DNA from: Dipteris shenzhenensis | Lineage: Eukaryota | Strand: one strand, 5' to 3' | Assembly: GCA_047967505.1 (NCBI GenBank) | Contig: CM106538.1 | Length of the DNA: 64,000 bases | Shown here: positions 12,674 through 26,121 of the stretch, piece after piece | Layout: every line of letters begins with the position of its first letter | How positions within the stretch are numbered: the first letter of the stretch is position 1 | The notes under the pieces: model-generated | The model's database searches: none | Told to the model about the DNA's origin: nothing | Seen by the model: only the letters and a program-made list of their open reading frames with translations | Program-made: the position numbers and the translations under genes

Positions 12674-13459
12674 TTCAATTTTATTTTGCTTGGTTGCACA
12701 AGGAAATACATTTTCCTTGGTACACAAATATATAGCTCCAAGAAGATATAACTCCAAGAACTAGCATGGTGGGTGTCATAGATCTCCTTATGTTTGCCAG
12801 CGTGGTGATCATCGTAAACCTCCTCATATAATACGTAAAAATAGGTAACGAAGCTATAACTCCAAGAACCAGCGTGGTGGTTTCTCTAAGACAACCTTGA
12901 ATTTTTGGCGATGATAGGCCGTCAAGAGAGAGACTACGCTGAGGTGATGTTCATAATGATAGATTGCATCTTATAATTACGTTAAAAACCAGCGTGATAG
13001 TCTCTCTAAGACAACCTATGATCTGCATGGGTGCTATGATGCCAAAATTTGATATTTTTTATTTGGCATTAGTATTGTTTTCTTCTATGTTTGATAAGAG
13101 TTTGAGTATCAAGTGAGAGCCCAACAGGTCTCACTTATTTCTATTTTCTAAGATATTGTATGGGATTGAGAGGATGAGTGGAATGGATCATTATAAATAC
13201 CATAGGTATGAATTATAAATACCTTGGTATGGGGTGAGAGTTATTTGTGTATTGGATATTATGGGGTTTTTAGAAAATAGGAAGAGTGAGTCATATAAAG
13301 AGGTGGGCTCATGTCCATGTGTTCCAATAATATAGGAGAGATCACATGCCAAGCATGTGAAAGGCATGTGGAGGAGTGTGGAGTCGAGGAATCCTTCTAG
13401 AATTCCTTTGTGGAATAAGGAGGATGTGGACATATGGAAAAGAGAGGGTCCCCTATGGG

Positions 13460-16400
13460 TGTGAAGAGAGTGGGAGAGAAGTAAGGAGTCTCACTTGCAG
13501 CTTTCTCACATACACAATGGGGGAATACACACAAAGGTGGAGGCTAAAAATAGTTTTCCTCTTCTTAGTTGTGAAATCCAAAAGAACTCTCTCTTAGTAC
13601 AAAAGGAATAGGTGAGTCCTATATGTGGGTCTCAAACCAAACTCGGCTAACTAAGGTGGCATACTAATTGAGCCACTAACTAGAGTACATAAGGATAGCT
13701 GTCATCTAGCTATTATTCATGGGCAGTGTACCAACTGCATCTACAACTAACAAGTCAGTGACATAAATGCACAACGGTCACCCTGGCATATCACGAGTGG
13801 AGCTCCATATCTCAACACTCCCCCTAGAGCTTAATCCCAATTCCTGCACACCAAGCAGGTCTCTGAACTAGCGCAGCTTCTCTACACCCAATGCCTTCGT
13901 GAATAAACTAGATCAATAAAACCTACTAGTGATAATGCACCTCAATTTGCCAAGTGTATACTGCTCATGTAGTCACAATAAATGACAAGTGGCCCATTTG
14001 TAGACTGATGCATATCATAAAGTAGCTTATGCAACCAAGCTACCTCACATGCAGCCATTGCTGCACCCCTGTACTTAGCCTCTATGCTCGACAAGGCAAC
14101 TGTAGGCTGTTTCTTACTGCTCCAAGTGACTGTAGCACTCCCAAAAGAGAATACATATCCACTGGTAGATCGTCTATGAGAAATACTACCAGCCCAATCA
14201 ACATCAGTGTATCCATGCAACTATATCTGAACCCCAGTCTCATAATGTGGACTTTACATACCTCAATATGCATCTAGCCACATCCAAATGTGGCTTCCTT
14301 GGAGCCTGCATAAATTGACTTACCAACCCAATAGCATAGCTCAAATCTGGCCTGCTAATACTCATATAAATCAAACTTCTACTATGCGCCTGTACATAGT
14401 AGGGTCTTCTAGAAGCTCACATGCATTTGTGCTCAACTTCACATTCTGCTCCAATAATGGAACTGAAATAGGCTTACAGCATGTCATCCCATATTTGGAC
14501 AGCATGTCCAATCCATACTGGCTCTAAAATAGCCATATCCCATTTCTGGATCTAATCACCTCAATGCCCAAGAAATAACGTAGCTCTCCCAAATCCTTCA
14601 TCTCAAACTTCTGCTTCAATAGCATTTTCACATGAAGGATATCTTCATCACTATCACCTGTGATGATCAAATCATCAACATAAATGACAAGCAGCATAAT
14701 GCCTTTCTCTGTCTTTCTCACATAAAGTGAGAAATCTGCCTTGGAAATCTGAAAGCCAATAGTGACAAGATACTATCCTATCTTGTCAGACCATGCTCTA
14801 GGTGCTTGCTTCAAGCCATACAAGGCTTTCTTCAACCTGCAAACTCCGGATGAATAGCATGCACATAACTTGGTGGCTGCTCCATATAGAACTCTTCTTG
14901 CAAATCGCCATGCAAGAAGGCATTCTTTACATCCATATGATGTGAAAACCATCCCTTTGATGCAGCCATAGCAATGACTGCTCTTACAATTGCCATCCTT
15001 GCAACCAGACTGAATGTTTCTTCATAATCAATGCCATATGTCTATGCATATCCCTTGACAACTAATCTTGCCTTGTATCTACTCACAGAACCAACTGCAT
15101 TATGCTTCACCTTATAAACCCACTTGCAGCCAATTGCATTCTTGTCTTTAGGCAAAGGCACCAAGTCCCATGTAGCATTTTCTTCCAAGGCATCCATTTC
15201 TTCATCCATGGCTTTCTCCCATTTTTCTTTTCCCATGGCTTGCTCAAAAGAAGTGGGTTCTGGTTCATGTATCACTTTGACCATATAGGCATAGTGAATG
15301 GCTGTAAATCCATCATATTTCAGCCTATCCACAGGATACCTAGCTTTGGTAGACCTACCCAAAATAGGCTCACTTCCAGGTGCTCTCAAAACATCCCTGG
15401 TCTTCCTTACTCCAGGTGTGACAACAGAAGTAATACCCAACTCATCATCAATGCTCTGTTCCGAGCCACTGGATTCACCATCCACATAAGAGTGACCTGC
15501 ATTCACATCAAACATGGGCTGATCTACCTTCTCTTTTCCTTTTCGTGATACCTGCATACCAGTATCTGCATTGCTTTGAGGAGATTCTCCTGATCTCACT
15601 CTGTCGGTCCATGGCGAAGTATGTGAACCACTGCTAGAGGACACTGCAGGTCCACTATTATTTTGTGATTGCTGCTGTGAACTCTGTGCAGCATTACCAT
15701 TTTGTGGATCTACATCATTAATCACATTTACTGGTTTATTCCAGTTGCTCATCTCATCAAAAACAACATCTCTGCTCACTGTAAACTTACGAGTAGAAGG
15801 GTTATAGCATCTATACCCTTTGTACTGCAGAGAATAACCAGTAAAGATGGACTTCTCAGCTTTTGGATCCAACTTGGACCTCAACTCATCTGGCACAGGC
15901 ATAGGATGCAATTTCTGCGACAACTCTTCAACGACCTGCAGAGTAGTGGTCGCACATAAAAAACAGGGCCTTTTTCTTAGTGCTTGCGGAGAACTTCTGC
16001 CTCCAAAATGGGCCCCGAAATGGCCTCGAATCAAAAAAATAAAGTCACCAAAGGCTTCCCCCTTTCCCGCAGCATATATTTCCCTCTCGCCACACTACGA
16101 AGGGCGTCTCAATCTGAGACAATGCACTCTTGCACTTTCTGGTTGTGCTACCTGCAGAGATTTGCTCCCAAACTCGAAAAAGGAAAGCAACATTGGTTCT
16201 CTTACCAGGAAACCACGACTTTGGTTTGCTTTCTTGAGCTCCTTACCACGAACCAGGCTCTGATACCATGTGAAGATAGTGGGAGAGAAGGAAGGAGTCT
16301 CACTTGCGGCTTTCTCACATACACAATGGGGGAATACACACAAAGATGGAGGCTGAAAATAGTTTTCCTCTTCTTAGTTGTCAAAGCCAAAAGAACTCTA

Positions 16401-16619
16401 ATACAAAGAAATAGAAGAAACCTATATGTGGGTCTCAAACCAAACTCAGGTAACTAAGGTGGCATACTAACTAAGCCATGAACTAGAGTACATAAGGATA
16501 GCTGTCATCCAGCTATTATCACGGGCGGTGTACCAACCGCATCTGCAGCTAACAAGTCGGTGACATAAATGCACAACGGTCACCCTGGCATATCACGAGT
16601 GGAGCTCGATATCTCAATA
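13460..16619 (-). mobile_element. Ty1/copia family A, chimeric copy (5' part is the inverted copy of the 9012 element)
   Basis: 3' LTR 13460-13817, PPT complement 13818-13825, RT/RNase H relics, PBS complement ~16257-16268, 5' LTR 16269-16619. Flanks ATGGG vs GTGCC do not form a TSD. Confidence 0.93.
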
Positions 16620-17956
16620 GTGCCATCCAGATAATCAACTACAATTCATCGAGTAAAAATTGAGCAAAAGAGATTACAATATACATCTACATTCAAGAAT
16701 AGGTGCAAAGGGGTTGCAAAAGAGCCTCTAGCAAAATAAGACCATGCCGGTAAGTTGATTTTACGAAAGGCACCATGGGTGTTGACAGAGAACTGGGTGA
16801 AGATTTCTCTCCCACTTCTATGCTTCTCCTAAATGCTTACCCTACTAGATTAGCTTCTCAACCCTTGACCTCCAAGATCTATGAGGGAGACTAGTTTTCC
16901 ACCATGTATTCTATTCTAAACCCTAGATCTTCCTCCTAAACTTGAACCTCCTTCTGAACCCTGGAGCCTCCTTTTGATCACTAAAATGCTTTCTAAACCT
17001 GAAAGACCTAATGGAGGCAAAAGCATTCATTCCCCCAATGATGTTGTTGAATGGTTCCTTCATGCAAGCATGCGCAATGTCTACTTTACACACTTGAGCC
17101 TACGTCTCTTACTGGAATACAACTAAGGTCCTAAGCTACACATATACCATGATGATGATGACATCCATATATCTATAGGTGACAAAAAGCCTCGTAACCA
17201 TGCACACCCTACCTATGACAGAGAAATGAAAATATTTTAGCACCCTTGTGCTGGCCTAGAAGACCTAAAATATTTTCAACTCTAGCAAAATAAAGAATCC
17301 TAAGCAGAAACCTTTGGTTACTAGCTTAAGGAAATTTATGTTTCTTAAAGAGCAACCACTTAAAGAGTAAATCAGGCCATGAGATGGACACTAATATCTA
17401 GAGCTCAACATTTTGAACATTTCTCTTTTTATAGAAAAGCAATCCAACATATGAAAAGTTATAGGCACTGAAAGGTTGAGTTGTACATGACCCTTATCCC
17501 TCTCCACATAAAAAAAGAGAATTTGAAAATTCAATTTATCCTACTATCCAATTATGGACAATTTGGAGCGTGCACAACTATTGACAAAATCCACCTCTTC
17601 CACCTCCATCCCTATAAAGTTGCACCCACCTCCTTCATTCTTCTTCCTCTTCATTTGGCTTCCCTCCTCTTACGAATTCTCAAGCCCCACACAAGACCTT
17701 CCTCCCTCTACATCGAACACCACCTTACTCCCATCTTCATCCGTCGAGCTATACATCAAGCCCTTCTTGTAGCAATGTCCTAGCCATCCACCCACTATCC
17801 ATTGTCTTCCTAAACCATCTTGAATATTTGAGAGAGTCTTTAGAGAGGTACTTGGTGGTGATCATCTCCCCCTTCCACCTTTATTTCTGTCAAGTTTTCT
17901 TATTTTCCATCAAGTTTTGGTTTCCCATCATTCCTTTCTCTTTTTCGATCCACCTC

Positions 17957-19054
17957 CCATTTTTCTCCCATTTATTTATTCATGGCTTTCTCCCATTTTT
18001 CTTTTCCCATGGCTTGCTCAAAAGAAGTGGGTTCTGGTTTGTGTATCACTTTGACCATATAGGCATAGTGAATGGCTGTAAATCCATCATATTTCAACCT
18101 ATCCACAGGATACTTAACTCTGGTAGACCTGTGCAAAATAGGCTCACTACTAGGTGCTCTCAAAACATCCCTTGTCTTTCTTAATCTAGGTGTAACAATA
18201 GAAGGAATACCCAACTCATCATCAAGGCTCTGTTCTGAGCCACTGGATTCACCATCCACATAAGAGTGACCTACACTCACATTAATCATGGGCTAATCTG
18301 CTTTCTCTTTTCCCTTTCGTGATACGTGCATACCACTATCTGCATTGCTTTGAGAAGATTCTTCTGATCTCAATCTGCCTGTCCATGGCGAAGTATGTGA
18401 ACCACTGCTAGAGGACACTATAGGTCCACTAATATTTTGTGATTGCTATTGTGAATTATGTGCAGCATTACCATTTTGTGCATCTACATCATCAATCACA
18501 TTTACTGGTTTATACCAGCTACTCATCTCATCAAAAACAACATCTTTGCTCACTGTAAACTTACGAGTAGAAGGGTTATAGCATTTATACCCTTTCTGCT
18601 ACAGAGAATAACCAATAAAGATGCACTTCTTAGCTTTTGGATCCAATCTGGATCTCAACTCATCTGGCACATGAACATAGGCAATGCAATAAAAAACTTT
18701 CAAATGAGAAATATCTAGTTTCCTACCAGTATACCTCCCCTCTGGCATCATGCCATGTATTGCTGCAGTGCGAATCCTGTTCATCAAACCCAGCTAACTA
18801 AGGTGGCATACTAGCTGAGCCACTAACTAGAGTATATAAAGATAGCTGTCATCTAGCTATTATTCATGGGCGATGTACCAACCGCATTTGTAGCTAACAA
18901 GTCAGTGACATAAATGCACAATGGTCACCCTAGCATATCACAAGTGGAGCTATTCATGGGCGATGTACCAACCGCATTTGTAGCTAACAAGTCGGTGACA
19001 TAAATGCACAATGGTCACCCTAGCATATCACAAGTGGAGCTCGATATCTCAACA
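17957..19054 (-). mobile_element. Ty1/copia family A fragment: truncated LTR fused to integrase C-terminus and start of RT
   Basis: ORFs 18599-18787 (HLKVF..IAYVHVPDELRSRLDPKA) and 17972-18289 ([10 protein letters not shown]). LTR 5' part ~18786-19054 carries a 90-bp tandem duplication. Confidence 0.9.
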
Positions 19055-19960
19055 AATACTACAGTAAATTTCCCTAGATATGGCCTTAAGACACTATTCG
19101 TAAGTGTCATGAAAGTTGATGGAGCATTTGCTAACCCAAATGGCATTACTTTAAATTGATAATGCCCATACCTAGTACAAAATGATGTCTTAGGGACATC
19201 CTCTTCCCTAATTCGTACTTGGTGATATCCTGATCTTAAATCAGTTTTAGTAAAGTATTTTGCCCCTTGCAATTGATCAAAGAGCTCATCAATGCGAGGC
19301 ACAGGATACTTATTTTTTTATGGTGATTTTATTTAGTGCTTGGTAATCTATGCATAAACGTATAGTACCATCCTTTTTCTTTACCACCACTAGTAAAATT
19401 GGTGCAGACCAAGGTGAGCTACTTGTTTGAATTTGGCCCTTCCTAAGATATTCCGTTAACTGTCTTTTGACCTCACGTTCCTCCATTTGACTAAGCCTAT
19501 ATGGGGGTTTATAAACAGGGTAGATCTAGGAATTAAATCTAGCCTATATGGGGGTTTATAAACAGGGGTAGATCCAGGAATTAAATCTATTTTATGATCT
19601 ACTTCTCTCTCAGGAGTTAAACCATCATGTAAATCAGATGGAAAAACATCTTTAAATTCAAACATTAAATCATTGAAAGAATATTTATACTTTTTAACAT
19701 TATCAAAAACAACATTACTTCTTTCCAATGCAGAAGACATAAAATCACCAATAAAAGTAAGTTCACAAAAATATACCTCACATTCTTCTTGGTGTAGTAG
19801 TCGTTCCAATTCCATCGAACAAATAAGAGGAGAGTTAGGCACATCATGTTCTCCTTGAATCTGGAAGACTCTACCCTCTTTTTTAAACATAATGGAGTTA
19901 TCAAGATAACTCCTCTCTAAGCTATGCCCAAGATTATACAGCCATTCCCGACCAAGCACG
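19055..19960 (-). pseudogene. Ty3/gypsy (chromovirus-like) pol fragment: protease end and reverse transcriptase
   Basis: [73 protein letters not shown]. Cut just before the YxDD motif by the copia LTR. Confidence 0.92.
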
Positions 19961-20414
19961 AGGATTACCAAAAAGCGAGCGAGCCAAAAAAAGCCAGCAA
20001 TAAAAAACAATAAAGGATTTATAAATCCCCCATTTCAGTAGCAAAAAATAATAACTTATTCAAAAATCCATATGTTTCCTCAATGCTAGAAGGTTAAATA
20101 TGCATATAACTTGCTGAGCCACTAACACTAATTTCACATCATCCATGAGATAGTTTGTATGTTCAATTTCCAATTCATTGTTTGTATTAAAGACAAACCC
20201 TACAGTAACTGCAATCAAGTTCTCTCTTTCCACTAGAGTAATTGAGATCATCAATGCAACCTTCCAGACAGGTGGGGTGTTTCCAAGGACTCCTTGCATG
20301 GATTAGTCTAGATTCCATGCATATGTAAATAATTAGCTTTTTAAACTCTGTTCACTCTTGGAATGAAACCCATGTTTCTTTGTTACTGGAAAAATATCCT
20401 TTCCTAATGATTTA

Positions 20415-21135
20415 TTCTTAGCTCCCACTAATCTAAACAATGCAACGAATTAACCACAAATTCATATTTTGGTGCATTATGGTGCACAAAGACATGATAA
20501 TCATCTAAAGTATGCCTTGCCATTTGATTTGATATGTAACATGACCCTGTTTGGACTTCTAAATCAAAAGATACAAGGATGTGAAAATGCCCTCTTTTGG
20601 GCCAAAACAGGGAGCGCGTTAACTTAAAATATCATCTTTTGGGCCAAAAAAATCATATGTTGACATCTTGCAAAAATACAGGGATGTGAAAATGCCCTCG
20701 TTTGGGCCAAAATAGGGAGCACGTTAATGACATCTTGCAAAAATACATGGATGTGAAAATGCCCTCTTTTGGGCCAAAACAGGGAGCACGTTAATGACAT
20801 CTTGCAAAAATACAAGGATGTGAAAATGCCCCCTTTTGGGCCAAAACAGGGAGCGCGTTGAGAGGGCATTTTCACATCCCTGTATTTTTGCAAGATGCCA
20901 ACATATGATTTTTTTGGCCCAAAAGATGAGTTTTTAACATCCCTACATCTTTTTATTGTCAAATATAAATGGCATATTACATATCAAATCAAATGACAAG
21001 GCATGATTTAGATCAATATCATGCCTTTTTGCACCATCTAAAAAAATTGTGTGCATCAATATGAATTTTGTGAGATTCTGTCCAATTTTTTGCACCAAGT
21101 TTAAAGCAAGGTTTCCCATAATGGGGAGCGAGAAG
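20415..21135. mobile_element. Foldback-like non-autonomous DNA element with modular subrepeats
   Basis: ~20457-20590 is inverted at ~20930-21068, and 20632-20699 at 20863-20929. Four direct copies of AAATACAAGGATGTGAAAATGCCCTCTTTTGGGCCAAAACAGGGAGC lie between 20570 and 20858. Confidence 0.72.
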
Positions 21136-22013
21136 ACACTATCTATTTTGGCAAAAAAAAAACCAAAATTTAACATCCTCTATCTTTTAATTGCACTCTG
21201 GGGATCACTCTTCATAAACCCATAAAGCATGTGCAAGCAAGCATGTATTAAAAATTACCCCTATTCTTGCAATTTACATTTTGTCATGTAAATGGTTGAA
21301 CCCATGTATGTGTTTACATTTTAAGATATCTACATATATAAATTACATTAATTTGATATTTTATAAATCCCCTCATGCACACAAACAACATGTAAGTCCC
21401 CCCACTAAAAAATACCCCTCAATGCACAAAAGTGGTATGTTACATGTTTATGAGTGACCCCCCAGGATAATTGCCAAACCCAAATGGGGTCATGTTAAAA
21501 TAGTCCTTAACTTTAGACTACTTAATTTCAAGAAATGTGACACATAACCACTCTTTTGAATACTTTATACTTCAAGCAATTATTTTATAAAAATTTTAGA
21601 TTCTTTCTTTGCTTGCTTAATTTTCCAATCACTTCAACTAATTGTCGCTTGCTTTTTTGGGCTTGCTCGCTTTTTCTCACTCGCTCTATTGACTGCCTCA
21701 CCAAGCACTACATCTGTTCCGTCGAGAAACGTTTTTGGAAACAGAGCTATCTGTAAACTCCACCGGAGTGCGAATGATGAGCAACATAATTTATACACTG
21801 GTAATTGGATACACAAGTATCTAAAATGGATAAATGAAGAGTAGGCTCAAGAACGATGAATGCTAACTTGCCACGAGCCATCATTCCAAGCATACGGTCG
21901 TAGTATCGAAAAACGTTTGCAAGTATGATATGTTCGCAGACATTTGTTATTTTCTACATGTTGATAACATACATGGCTCAAACCCTACCCACCCCCAACC
22001 TCTCCACCCTAGG

Positions 22014-22303
22014 TCATAGAATGTTTGATGCACCTGAGTCCACATACCACACATCATTGCTTTCTTCTGCACTTGTCACAGAATTGGTCATGTACTGCAC
22101 CATAAACAAATGCTCATTTCTATCATCACCATGTCTACTAGAGGATGCATAATTGCCTTGCTGCAATTTTCCATTCACGATGTCATTTTGCTTTTTATAG
22201 CAGTCTTTAGCCATCAGTCTTTAACCATATGACCCATTTTACCATAGTAGTAGCATTCAACATTGTTGTTTGCATTTTGGCCTCTCTGCCATCCACCACG
22301 ACC
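22014..22303 (-). mobile_element. Copia family A gag Zn-knuckle/protease fragment
   Basis: MAKDCYKK..KLQQGNYASSS..VWYVDSGASN, near-identical to the gag in ORF 43585-44349. Confidence 0.87.
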
Positions 22304-22959
22304 TAAGTTTTAGGACCTCCTGAATCCACCGGAACTGACAGATCTGCAAATGGTTGCTCCAAACTTGAGTTTCAACACCCGGGCAAAAAACGCAGGAACT
22401 GACACAGTGAGTCAGAAATCCAATGAAACGATCCAAGATTCAAGAATGAAGGTGTTTCCAAGCTCCTAAAGTAATGTGGACACCAAAAGCAAGCAATAGT
22501 TGCCTCTACAAGTCAATATGGAGTCTCTGTCATCAAACGGAACAGGGAAAAGCTCAAAAAACGACTTTTTCTTTGAAAGCTCTTAACAGGCTCTCAAAAC
22601 CACTTCGCAAAGCCAAAGTGGCTTTTCCAAATATTCTTCCAAGGTCTCTGCACACTCGGATGCAAGTAAAGTTGCCCACAAAGCTTCCCACAGAGCTTCT
22701 CCTTCCTCTCACATAGCTGCTGAGCTTCAAGCATTCACGCACGCTCAGCTAGATCACCCGGGCTCTGATACCAGTTGAGAGTGCTCTCAACGGAAGCAAG
22801 AACAGAAGAGGGAGAGAGAGCGAGAGAGAGAGACAGAGAGCCACACAAGTTTTGGTGGGTGCAGAACCACCCTAATCTTCTTTTTCATTCATTTATATAT
22901 GTGTTTGAGTATTGTACATAACTGGGGTGAAGGCACAGTGACCTTTAACCCCCACAGCA
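22304..22959 (-). mobile_element. Copia family B 5' end (LTR, PBS, part of 5' UTR)
   Basis: PBS complement GCTCTGATACCA 22762-22773. LTR ~22776-22959 is similar to 33315-33513 and 40768-40939. UTR is similar to ~40320-40750. Confidence 0.8.
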
Positions 22960-23552
22960 AATGGTAAGGCAGTTTTAAATTTCATATTTAAACGTATCTA
23001 CACAAGGTTTGGGACACCCATGGAAATAGTCTCTCACCATGGGAGTCCATTCTTAAATGAAGCAGAGGAGTTACTCATGGATCGCATGGGTATTGATCAT
23101 CGCACTTCTAGCATCTATTATCCAGCATCCATGGGTCAAACAGAGTGGACCAATGGCCTCCTTTGTAAAACCATGGGAAAAATGGCCGCAGAGAATAGGA
23201 GCTAGTGGGATCAGAAGGTCACTAAAGCCGTGTGGGCTTACAACATCACTCATAAAACGTCTATAGGTCACACTCCTTTTGAGTTGTGTATGGTACTGAG
23301 GCAGTTTTACCACTAGAGATAGAGATTCTAGCCTTGAGATTGGCACAAGAATAGAGGATGATAGAAGATGAACATGTAGAGGCCAGATTGCTACAACTTG
23401 AGAAGTTAGATGAAACCCGATGCCTTGCACTACAACAGACAGAGATCCAAAAGAATCGACAAAAGGCCCGCTTGGATGCTAAGATTCGCAAGGGATGGGA
23501 AAGACATTTTGCTGAGGGGGATGTTGTGCTATGCTTTGATAACAGATTAGAC
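22960..23552 (+). pseudogene. Ty3/gypsy integrase core/C-terminal fragment
   Basis: IVSHHGSPF (decayed SDxGxxF); HRTSSIYYPASMGQTEWTN (YxPQxNGQxERxN); GHTPFEL; RLLQLEKLDE..F..GD.VL. Confidence 0.75.
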
Positions 23553-24022
23553 CAGTTTATGTTAGCACAGAGGATCAGGTAGCTAACATATTCACAAAGG
23601 CATTGGGCACAGAGAAGCTGTGCAAGTTTAGAGACCTGCTTGGTGTGCAGCAATTGGGATTGAGCTCGAGGGGAGTGTTGAGATATCAAGCTCCACTCAT
23701 GATATGCCAAGGTGACCATTGTGCATTTATGTTACTAACTTGTTAGCTGTAGATGCGGTTGGTACACCGCCCTTGAATAATAGCTAGATGATAGCTATCC
23801 TTATCTACTCTAGTTTGTGTCTCAGTTAGTATGCCACCTTAGTTAGTTGAGTTTGGTTTGAGACCCATATATAGGGTTCTTATATTTCTTTGTACTAGAG
23901 TTCTTTTTCACAACTAAGAAGAGGAAACCTGTTTTCAGCCTCCACCTTTGTGTGTATTCCCCCATTGTGTGTGTGAGAAAGCCATAAGTGAGACTCCTTC
24001 CCTCTCTCCCACTATCTTCACA
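23553..24022 (+). mobile_element. Copia family A 3' end (RNase H tail, PPT, 3' LTR)
   Basis: EDQVANIFTKALG, purine tract, then LTR 23676-24022 (TG..CA). Confidence 0.92.
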
Positions 24023-26121
24023 CAAATTTCTCACCTCTGTGTCTCACCAGTCAAACAACTTTCCTCATGCTAAGTCTATTGAAAGTCTAGCACTAGGTGA
24101 TATCAGCTTAGTAAGAGGTTTTTCTCTGGGTGTTTGAGGTCAAAGACTATTACCTCTAAAACCTTTTGATACCAATAAGGATTGATTGGTTCATAGGTAT
24201 TGGTAGCCCTCGGGTTAGCTAACATGGAGCCACAAATTGAATTGTAGTCATCGAGTGTTGAACTTGAAAGCAGTGGTGTCACCATTTTGTAGCAGAGGTG
24301 CAGGAGAGTATGGTGCTTCCCCCAATCACAGTAGTAGTGGCATGATGCACCGAGTGCCACCACACTTGAAAGTCACTTTTGTTTAGGTAGATGTAGTTGT
24401 AATAGAAAGAGAAGAGAACAAGAGATCAGTGTGCCAAGTTCTCTTCCTGTGACTTGAGCTTGCTAGGGTAGGGAGTGACTAAGTCATTGCAAGCCGAGGC
24501 ATCTTGGTTGTACACGGTTCAATCCAAGATTCAATACAAGTTTCTATTTGTCCATATACTTGTATTGGTTAATGAACTGCACTCAGCATTCTCTCTTTAA
24601 GTGTTTGTAACTCGGCATTCTCCCATCACCATACGGTTCTCCTATGACAACACCTAACCCAAACTCTAAGTGTTAATGTTGTCATCTGTTTTATCACCTG
24701 AGCACATCTTAAGATTTCAAGAGAGGGCATTATCACCAAGCATAGCACTGGGTTGGGTTAACACTATGCACCTTTTCTCAGTTAGCCATGGGTGGGGGAA
24801 CAAAAGCTTCAACATTTTGGCGATCTTGTTGGGGAAGGGTCAATTGAATTACGAGTTGACGAGTTGTCAGTTCATGAGATTTATTAGTAAGCTCAGTGTT
24901 GAGGTCAGTGAGGTTCATGTGAACTAGTGATGATGAAGTGAAACAGTTGGTAGCAATTGTGGGATACTATAGGAAATTTGTACAAGTGACTCTAGACGGC
25001 GGGTGGTGTAGCTAGTGGTGTGCTTGAAGACCAATGTGTGGGATGCACAAAGTATTCAAATTGCTACTTAGATACTTTCTATGTTAGTCAATGGCTGACA
25101 CATGCTCAAAAAGAAGAAGAAGAAGATATGTGGTTAGGTGTGAAGAGTTCTCAAGCCAAAGGAGCTAGTTTTATCCTACCATGAGAACTGAAGCGGTCTC
25201 AAAATCGGAGCTCAACACTCGAAGGAGGTTAGCAAAAGCAACAACTATCCAATAGGAGTGATGAGCACAAGGAGAGAGACTCGGCCACGCTACCCCAAGG
25301 GTGAAAGTTGATCACTATGCAGAGTTAGAAGGATGGAATGCTAGTATTGGGTTGAGACATCCCAGATGATTGGCAGATGTATGTCCATCATGGCAAGTGG
25401 ACTATGAGCATTAATCTATGAAGAGCTTGGATTTTGAGCGGATGGCCATTTCCTTTGTAGAAAATCAACATGAACGAGAAAAACAACTCAGATAATGAAG
25501 AGAACATCTTTGACAATGCTCGGCTATCATTCCAGTGGACTTGCATCAAGAAAGATATGAAGGCAGAAGACCAGCTACAAAAAATGGTTGAAGAAACAAC
25601 GGACAGGAAGAGCAGTGTGCTTTAGATGGAGAGAGATACCACCGAATACCTGAGGTGAACATGGAGAAATTAAGGAAATCTTCTTGTGTTCCTCTCATAT
25701 TGGACAGAAATCCTATTAGCCTTATAGACATACAACAAACTATACCTCTAAGGCCTGAAGACAGTACCAACCGACTGTGGGATAGTCAACAGTGGCCTCG
25801 TATGTATGAAGGTGGATATGATGTGTAGTCTAGAGGTGACTCACATGTCGTGGGGATCTTGGAAGAATGCCATCAGAGGATCTTGGAAGAATGCCGTCAG
25901 AGTCTCCACTCCCAAACAATTCCTTGTGGGAGCTGGGTGGGAGCTTCGTATGCACAAGCCTTGCACTTGTGTCACCAAGTGTCTACCAGATTGTGTTTAA
26001 GTGATTCCATGAGAATGAAGAGAGGAAGAGGTAAGGGGAGAAGGGGAATGAGAGAAGGGAATGGGGATGGTGAGGAGAAAGGGATGGTGAAGGGGGAGAG
26101 TGGCAATCACAAGGCAACCTT

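Larger units (their letters stand above)
7675..17956. repeat. Large inverted duplication: arms ~7675-11137 and ~14550-17956
   Basis: Mirror ORF pairs have constant coordinate sums: 7848+17783 = 9174+16457 = 25631, and 10198+15489 = 25687 after a 56-bp duplication in the left arm. Arms are near-identical by eye, including ~1.3 kb of flank outside the LTR. Confidence 0.95.

Noticed and set aside
13455-19059. A single original element 13460-19054 with TSD
   Set aside because: Flanks ATGGG and AATAC do not match. Shared LTR variants are only suggestive, so it is not called as one element.
20570-20860. Regularly spaced repeats resembling a CRISPR array
   Set aside because: Spacers are not unique, the context is eukaryotic and there are no cas genes.
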